Positions 58,883 through 64,000 of a stretch of DNA of 64,000 bases are shown piece after piece. The DNA lies in NCBI GenBank assembly GCA_963817895.1, contig CAWFQB010000005.1, forward strand, positions 800,001 through 864,000, in the 5' to 3' direction. Position numbers and translations under genes: made by a program. This DNA comes from an uncultured Chthonomonadaceae bacterium (GTDB lineage Bacteria; Armatimonadota; Chthonomonadetes; Chthonomonadales; Chthonomonadaceae). Every line of letters starts with the position of its first letter. The first letter of the stretch is position 1. The notes beneath the pieces were generated by a model, which saw nothing but the letters and a program-made list of their open reading frames with translations, did not search any database and was not told the origin of the DNA.

Positions 58883-60070
58883 ATGAGCAACTACACCCCA
58901 CAGAAAAGCGATAAGTTTACGTTCGGGCTTTGGACGGTTGGCAATCCGGGCCGCGATCCGTTTGGGCCGAACACGCGCGCCGTTGTTTCGCCCTGCGGCC
59001 TGACGTTCGAGCCGACAACCATTGTGCAGAAACTCAGCGAATTGGGCGCGTATGGCGTGAATTTCCACGACAACGACCTGGTTCCCATTGACGCCACGCC
59101 GGGTGAGCGCGACCAGATTGTCGGTGACTTCAAGAAAGCCCTTAGCGACTATGGCATGGTTGTGCCGATGGCGACCACCAACCTGTTTTCCGATCCGATT
59201 TTCAAGGACGGCGCGTTCACGTCCAACGACCCGAAAGTGCGGGCGTATGCCGTGCAGAAGACTATGAGCGCGATGGATTTGGGCGCGGAGATGGGCGCGA
59301 AAATCTACGTGTTCTGGGGCGGGCGCGAAGGCACGGAAACCGATGCCAGCAAGGACGCCCGCGACTCGATGAAACGGTTCCGCGAGTGTTTGAACTTCTT
59401 GTCCGCTTATGACGACGCGCAGGGGTACGGCTTCAAGTTCGCTCTGGAACCCAAGCCCAACGAACCGCGCGGCGACATCTATCTGCCCACTGTCGGCAGC
59501 GCATTGGGCTTTATCGCCACGCTGGAAAAGCCGGATAAGTTCGGCGTGAACCCCGAATTCGCGCACGATACGATGGCCGGACTGAACTTTGTCCATGCCG
59601 TCGCGCAGGCCATTGACGCGGGCAAACTGTTCCACATTGACCTCAACGGCCAGAAACCGGGAAGGTACGATCAGGACTACCGCTTCGGCGCGGAAGACAT
59701 CAAGGCCAATTTCTTCCTCGTAAAAATGATGGAAGACAGCGGGTACGAGGGGATGCGGCATTTCGACGCCCACGCCTACCGCACGGAAGACGAAGAGGGC
59801 GTTTGGGATTTCGCGCGCGGCTGTATGCGAACCTATCTGATCCTGAAAGAGAAAGCGCGGCAGTTCAACGCCGACCAGGAGATTCAGGGCATGATTTCCA
59901 ATCTCAGCACAGACCTGGAAGGCATCAGCCCGCTTCTGGCCTCCTACTCCGCAGAAAATGCCGACAAGATCAAGAACCTCAACGTAGACCGCGTCGCGTA
60001 TGGCAAAAAAGGCTACGGCTATGAGAAACTCGACCAACTGACGACGGAACTCCTGCTCGGAATGCGCTGA
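58883..60070 (+). CDS. xylA: Xylose isomerase
   Basis: [50 protein letters not shown]. Confidence 0.97.
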   Translation: MSNYTPQKSDKFTFGLWTVGNPGRDPFGPNTRAVVSPCGLTFEPTTIVQKLSELGAYGVNFHDNDLVPIDATPGERDQIVGDFKKALSDYGMVVPMATTNLFSDPIFKDGAFTSNDPKVRAYAVQKTMSAMDLGAEMGAKIYVFWGGREGTETDASKDARDSMKRFRECLNFLSAYDDAQGYGFKFALEPKPNEPRGDIYLPTVGSALGFIATLEKPDKFGVNPEFAHDTMAGLNFVHAVAQAIDAGKLFHIDLNGQKPGRYDQDYRFGAEDIKANFFLVKMMEDSGYEGMRHFDAHAYRTEDEEGVWDFARGCMRTYLILKEKARQFNADQEIQGMISNLSTDLEGISPLLASYSAENADKIKNLNVDRVAYGKKGYGYEKLDQLTTELLLGMR

Positions 60071-60354
60071 ATGTGACCGAAGCGAACCTGTCAGGAATGT
60101 ACGCGCGATCCTACAGGAATAGAGACACAGGAGTGATATGACACGCTCCTGTGTCTTTTTTTGTCACCAACACGCGCAATTTCACCTGGTATAAAACAAA
60201 TTATACAAATTGTGTAAAATTTGGCTCGCAGGTGATTGACAACCCTTGCGCGACCTGCTATTATTACATGCAAGCGAGTGAGCAAAAGGGTATTGTTCCT
60301 TTGCTTACTCTCTTTTATCATTCTTTTAGATACCAACATTGAGGGGAGAGCCAC

Positions 60355-60711
60355 ATGCCACTCAGCCCGAATCAGGCGTTGCAAATCGCTGCATCCGCCG
60401 TTCATGAAGTAACAGATACCTATGGGCCTCCCGGCCCCGATGCCGCCGTAAAGCTTTTGATTGACGCTGCTGACCCCGATGATCCCACACAGGTGCCTGT
60501 CAACGTTCCCTTTATTGTAGGAGGGTTGCAACTGCGTAGCTTTTACGCGTTCTCCGGTAAAGCAGGGTTTGACAAAGATGCTTTGTGGACAGCTCTGGAG
60601 GTGGATTGGCAGGATGCAACCGAGACCAAAGCTAATCTGCCACAACCTGCCACCTGGGATGAGAAAACGGCGCTTTCTCAATTAGGCGGATGGGTGTGGG
60701 CGCACTCCTGA
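60355..60711 (+). CDS. Hypothetical protein
   Basis: GAGGGGAG RBS, 118-aa ORF. Confidence 0.6.
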   Translation: MPLSPNQALQIAASAVHEVTDTYGPPGPDAAVKLLIDAADPDDPTQVPVNVPFIVGGLQLRSFYAFSGKAGFDKDALWTALEVDWQDATETKANLPQPATWDEKTALSQLGGWVWAHS

Positions 60712-60793
60712 AATCGCTGTCACCACGACAAGATGTTTCGAGGCCACGCCGAATAATATCTCCGTACATCAGAGAACTGAACGAGGAAAAGTT

Positions 60794-61969
60794 ATGTTCC
60801 TTAAACGCAAACTGAATGTGTTCAACACATCTCTGCGCCTTTGTCTGTGCCTGTGTCTTCCGGCTTTGCTGTGCAGCCCCGGATTGGCGCAGTCGCCCCC
60901 TGCGTATACGCCTCAGCAAACAAACGCGCAAAACCCGTCCCTGATTGACGACATTGATATTGGATTGGGCTACCTCTCCGCGTTGAGCAGTGGGGGCAGC
61001 AGCGGCTTCTACTACCATCTGGCTTACAAAGGCAGTCTGCTGACACAGCGCGGAACTCCCTTCACGCCTGCGGATGTCAATGCGCCCCTTGATCTGAAAG
61101 CGCCTGATCCTGTTAAAACCGACGGCGATTTTGATCTGTTCGCCCTGCGCTTTGAGCGGGGTGGAGCCGGTATCCAGAATGGGTTTTTGGAGGGGCTGGG
61201 CTTGATACCTGTCAAGTTCAGCAGTCGCAGTCGCTTTTTACGTGAAACTCGCGGTGTGCTGCAAGTATCGTCAAGGTTTGATGGCAAACAATCCAACATC
61301 GCGGGTGGTCTGGAAACTCCCCCCCTGCATCCTCTGCGGCTGATTGGCAACAGCTATGGAACAACAAACTGGCTGACCTTCGGCGGCCTTGTAGAGGGGC
61401 AATCCCGGCGGGCCAGCGAGGGCGGCAATCAGGCTGTTCCTATGATTACGTATCGCGCATTCCTCGGCAAAGGTTTTGGTTGGGTACAGGGCAAATCGCT
61501 GGTTGATGAGATGTACGCCGCGATTATCAAACAAGCGCCCACTTATGAGGCTTTGCTGCAACAGATTCCGCAGATCAAGCAACGTATTGTGACTTCCGGC
61601 CAGTTGCCCACCCTGCAAGAATCTGTCCTGATACAGCTTTCCGGTGTCGCTCCCTGGCAGACCCAAAAGCCGTCACAGGAAGATTACCAGAAAAAGGTAA
61701 AAGAATTCCTGGGTGATTTTTCTAAATCCTACACCACTCGCCCCGGTTTCGCCGCCTGGCTCGAGTCTTCGGCGTGGTACGCCCTGAGCCATGACTCCGG
61801 CACTTCTGCCCGTTTCAACAACATTCTGGCGGCAACGCTGACCTACTGGATTAATCCTCGCGATGACAGCCCCTACTGGCTTCGAGTACGCTATGAGAGT
61901 GGACGTGAACGCGCCGCGCCGACGGTCAATCTAAACCAGATACTCTTCTTCATCGGACGCAATTTTTGA
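60794..61969 (+). CDS. Hypothetical exported, possibly outer-membrane protein
   Basis: Signal peptide, aromatic-rich beta-strand-like segments, terminal Phe. Confidence 0.6.
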   Translation: MFLKRKLNVFNTSLRLCLCLCLPALLCSPGLAQSPPAYTPQQTNAQNPSLIDDIDIGLGYLSALSSGGSSGFYYHLAYKGSLLTQRGTPFTPADVNAPLDLKAPDPVKTDGDFDLFALRFERGGAGIQNGFLEGLGLIPVKFSSRSRFLRETRGVLQVSSRFDGKQSNIAGGLETPPLHPLRLIGNSYGTTNWLTFGGLVEGQSRRASEGGNQAVPMITYRAFLGKGFGWVQGKSLVDEMYAAIIKQAPTYEALLQQIPQIKQRIVTSGQLPTLQESVLIQLSGVAPWQTQKPSQEDYQKKVKEFLGDFSKSYTTRPGFAAWLESSAWYALSHDSGTSARFNNILAATLTYWINPRDDSPYWLRVRYESGRERAAPTVNLNQILFFIGRNF

Positions 61970-62140
61970 AATGAGACGGCTGTGATTTAGATACCGCCCG
62001 GTCAAACACATAGAATGTACATAAGAGGCGCGTCCTCAAAATGGAAAAGCAGATTGCGGCTGCTATTCGTATTGAGGACGCGCGGGCTACGCGCATCGCA
62101 GCAAGGAATGATGCGCGTAACAGCGTGGAGACAGCAATCC

Positions 62141-63109
62141 CTACATGGCTGCGCTCCTGCGGTTGCGGCGCAGAAATCCCGCGCCAACCGTTCCCACACT
62201 GAGAAGCAGGGCAATGCTGCCGGGTTCGGGAACCGCAGCGGGAGCAAATAAAAATTGCGAGGGTGACAGCGCGGCGTCGCTGAGGCGAATCTCATCAATC
62301 AGGCCGCCAAACTGATCTGTAAAAATACCATTGTATTCCCCGCGCCCCACCGTGAAAACGGTATTGTCCGTGTGCAAACCTCCGATAAATGGCGCGGAAT
62401 TATCCAGAGTGTACGCGCCGCCGGGTGTACCCTGCACATACAGAAACAATGTGTTGCCATCACTGACGGCTGCCACGTTGTACCATTGGCCGACCTGAAG
62501 TAGTGTGGTTCCGTCAATTATGATAAAGTTGCCATCGGCCTGACGCGCTCGGATGGAAAAAATGTTCTGGTTGGGGGACTGAAAGTACAGGTTCGAGGCG
62601 TTTGGATCGCCGCTGCCGGAGATGTTCTGGCCGTCTTTGCCGAGGAAGGTTTGAAAGCCGCCGAAACTGTTGAACTTCACGGAAGCCTCAATGGTGAACT
62701 GATTGAAAACGTGGGTGTTGATGGCGTCCCCATCCGAATACAGGTCGCGCGTTCGGTCCGGATCTGTGGGTACGCTGAAGTCCAGGCTGCGCGTGTTGGA
62801 AGTTGTTGGATTGGTGACGGTTCCCGGGTTATCCGCGCGGTAAGTGGGGGCTGCCAGCCCATCGAACGCCAGCAGGATGTTGCCGTTGCCCGATGAGTCA
62901 GGAATAGGCGCAGGCTGTGTCACTGTTTGCGCGCCGGGGCTGCCCTCTTCAAAGCGGTAGTACGCCAGCGTTTGCGCCTGCGCATGGCCCGATACGAGCA
63001 AACTTAACAGCATCGCCGCGCCAGGCAAACTGAGCCTGCCGCGCCAATGCCGCAGACAGGGGTACTTCCTGAGCGATGGTAAAGAACGATTACGGGAAAT
63101 CGGTTTCAA
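62141..63109 (-). CDS. LamG-like jellyroll protein with PEP-CTERM sorting signal
   Basis: AAGGAG RBS and TTG 63109; AYYRFEEG, FTIEA, QWYNVAAV.DG, F.GLIDEIRLS, VPEPGS + TM + RRNRR. Confidence 0.9.
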   Translation of the reverse strand: MKPISRNRSLPSLRKYPCLRHWRGRLSLPGAAMLLSLLVSGHAQAQTLAYYRFEEGSPGAQTVTQPAPIPDSSGNGNILLAFDGLAAPTYRADNPGTVTNPTTSNTRSLDFSVPTDPDRTRDLYSDGDAINTHVFNQFTIEASVKFNSFGGFQTFLGKDGQNISGSGDPNASNLYFQSPNQNIFSIRARQADGNFIIIDGTTLLQVGQWYNVAAVSDGNTLFLYVQGTPGGAYTLDNSAPFIGGLHTDNTVFTVGRGEYNGIFTDQFGGLIDEIRLSDAALSPSQFLFAPAAVPEPGSIALLLSVGTVGAGFLRRNRRSAAM

Positions 63110-63290
63110 GAGGGTTCTCCTTGCGAGGCGGAATGGATATTGCCGCAACAAACAGGCGTTACCATACAGCGGAATCTTTACAACACTGCTATTGTACAAA
63201 CCCATCGTGAAAACATCGTGAAAAGCAGTAGCAAAAGCGGGCGTAACCGTCAAAAATAGACAGGTGGAGGAAAAAAGAGTCAGATGAGGT

Positions 63291-64000
63291 TCAGGATTCC
63301 TCTTGAATCTGCAATATCGAGGTAACCGCCTGTTCCAGAGACAATATCTGCCCCTGCGTCCAGGCGCGGGCAAAAGACGAAGCGCCAAGAGCAGCCTGCA
63401 TCGCGGCTGCGCTTCGCTCCCAATCTACGCGTTCAGCGGCTGTCAGGGGCGCGGCGATGGATTCGCGCAGAGCGTTTGCCGCGCTGAACAATTGTGTCGC
63501 TTCCGTATGCCGGTTTTGGGCGTGACGAATGTTGGCGAAGGTTTCCAGACAGCCTGCCATGCGCCGCCGGTCTCGCATCTCCCAGAAGAGCGCGACGCTT
63601 TCGCGTTCCAACTCTTCCGCGCGGGCGATATTGCCCTGGCGCAGGGCCACCATGCCTAATTTGCCCAGCGCATACGCGACACCATTGGTGTCCTGTATGG
63701 CGCGGAATCCTTCCAAACTTTCGGCATGAAGAGCCGCCGCATCGTCCCATTCCCCCCGCAGGAACGCCAGGTCGGCAAGGTTGCTGATGGAAACAGCAAC
63801 GCCGTGCGTATCGCTCAGTTCGCGGCGCAAAGACAGACACTGCCGATCCAGAGCTTCTGCCTGCGCATAATCACCCGCATCGCGAACGGCATACGAGAGC
63901 CTGTCAAGCGTATGGGCGATACCCCAGCGATCCCCGGCCTCTCGAAAGAGAGATATACTCTCCTCCAGAAGTCCTTGCCCCCTTTCAGTATCGCCCTTCA
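63291..64000 (-). CDS. C-terminal TPR part of an ATPase/TPR (AfsR-like) regulator, partial
   Basis: GVAVSISNLA, GVAYALGKLG repeats; A..LF.AA.ALR..I.AP, F..AW..G..LSLEQAV. Start lies outside the window. Confidence 0.8.
   Translation of the reverse strand, partial: KGDTERGQGLLEESISLFREAGDRWGIAHTLDRLSYAVRDAGDYAQAEALDRQCLSLRRELSDTHGVAVSISNLADLAFLRGEWDDAAALHAESLEGFRAIQDTNGVAYALGKLGMVALRQGNIARAEELERESVALFWEMRDRRRMAGCLETFANIRHAQNRHTEATQLFSAANALRESIAAPLTAAERVDWERSAAAMQAALGASSFARAWTQGQILSLEQAVTSILQIQEES

Noticed and set aside
1..64000. tRNA, rRNA, prophage, reverse transcriptase or DGR
   Set aside because: No recognisable tRNA/rRNA signature, phage structural gene or RT motif was seen by eye.

Overview
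Bacterial chromosomal window, GC-rich and probably Armatimonadota (Chthonomonadaceae-like; inferred from gene style, not verified). The core is the str/S10/partial spc ribosomal cluster (rpsL-rpsG-fusA ... rpsJ to rplE). At the position where tuf normally lies there is an AT-richer cassette: a HEPN-like gene, a BolA-like small gene, an intact but divergent EF-Tu domain II+III protein with no G domain, and a small ORF whose paralog sits on the other side of rpsJ. Several ribosomal proteins carry very long low-complexity extensions. Many intergenic spacers, and some CDSs, hold inverted pairs of 7-9 nt tandem repeats, often a different unit at each site. Other contents: an ArsR gene coupled to an unannotated 39-aa, 10-Cys metallothionein-like ORF; a putative lysine/2-oxoadipate catabolic operon with a divergent HglS-like enzyme; an orphan Hen1; a Panacea-type toxin-antitoxin pair; a RAYT transposase with REPs; fliI-fliJ-slt-motE; a trkA-trkA-split CHAD-HhH-split Ppx operon; an immunity-like gene array; xylA; and a LamG/PEP-CTERM gene. 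At least seven single-base frameshifts and one stop codon, two of these lesions in normally essential ribosomal genes, point to consensus sequencing errors. All calls come from motif recognition by eye; no searches were run.
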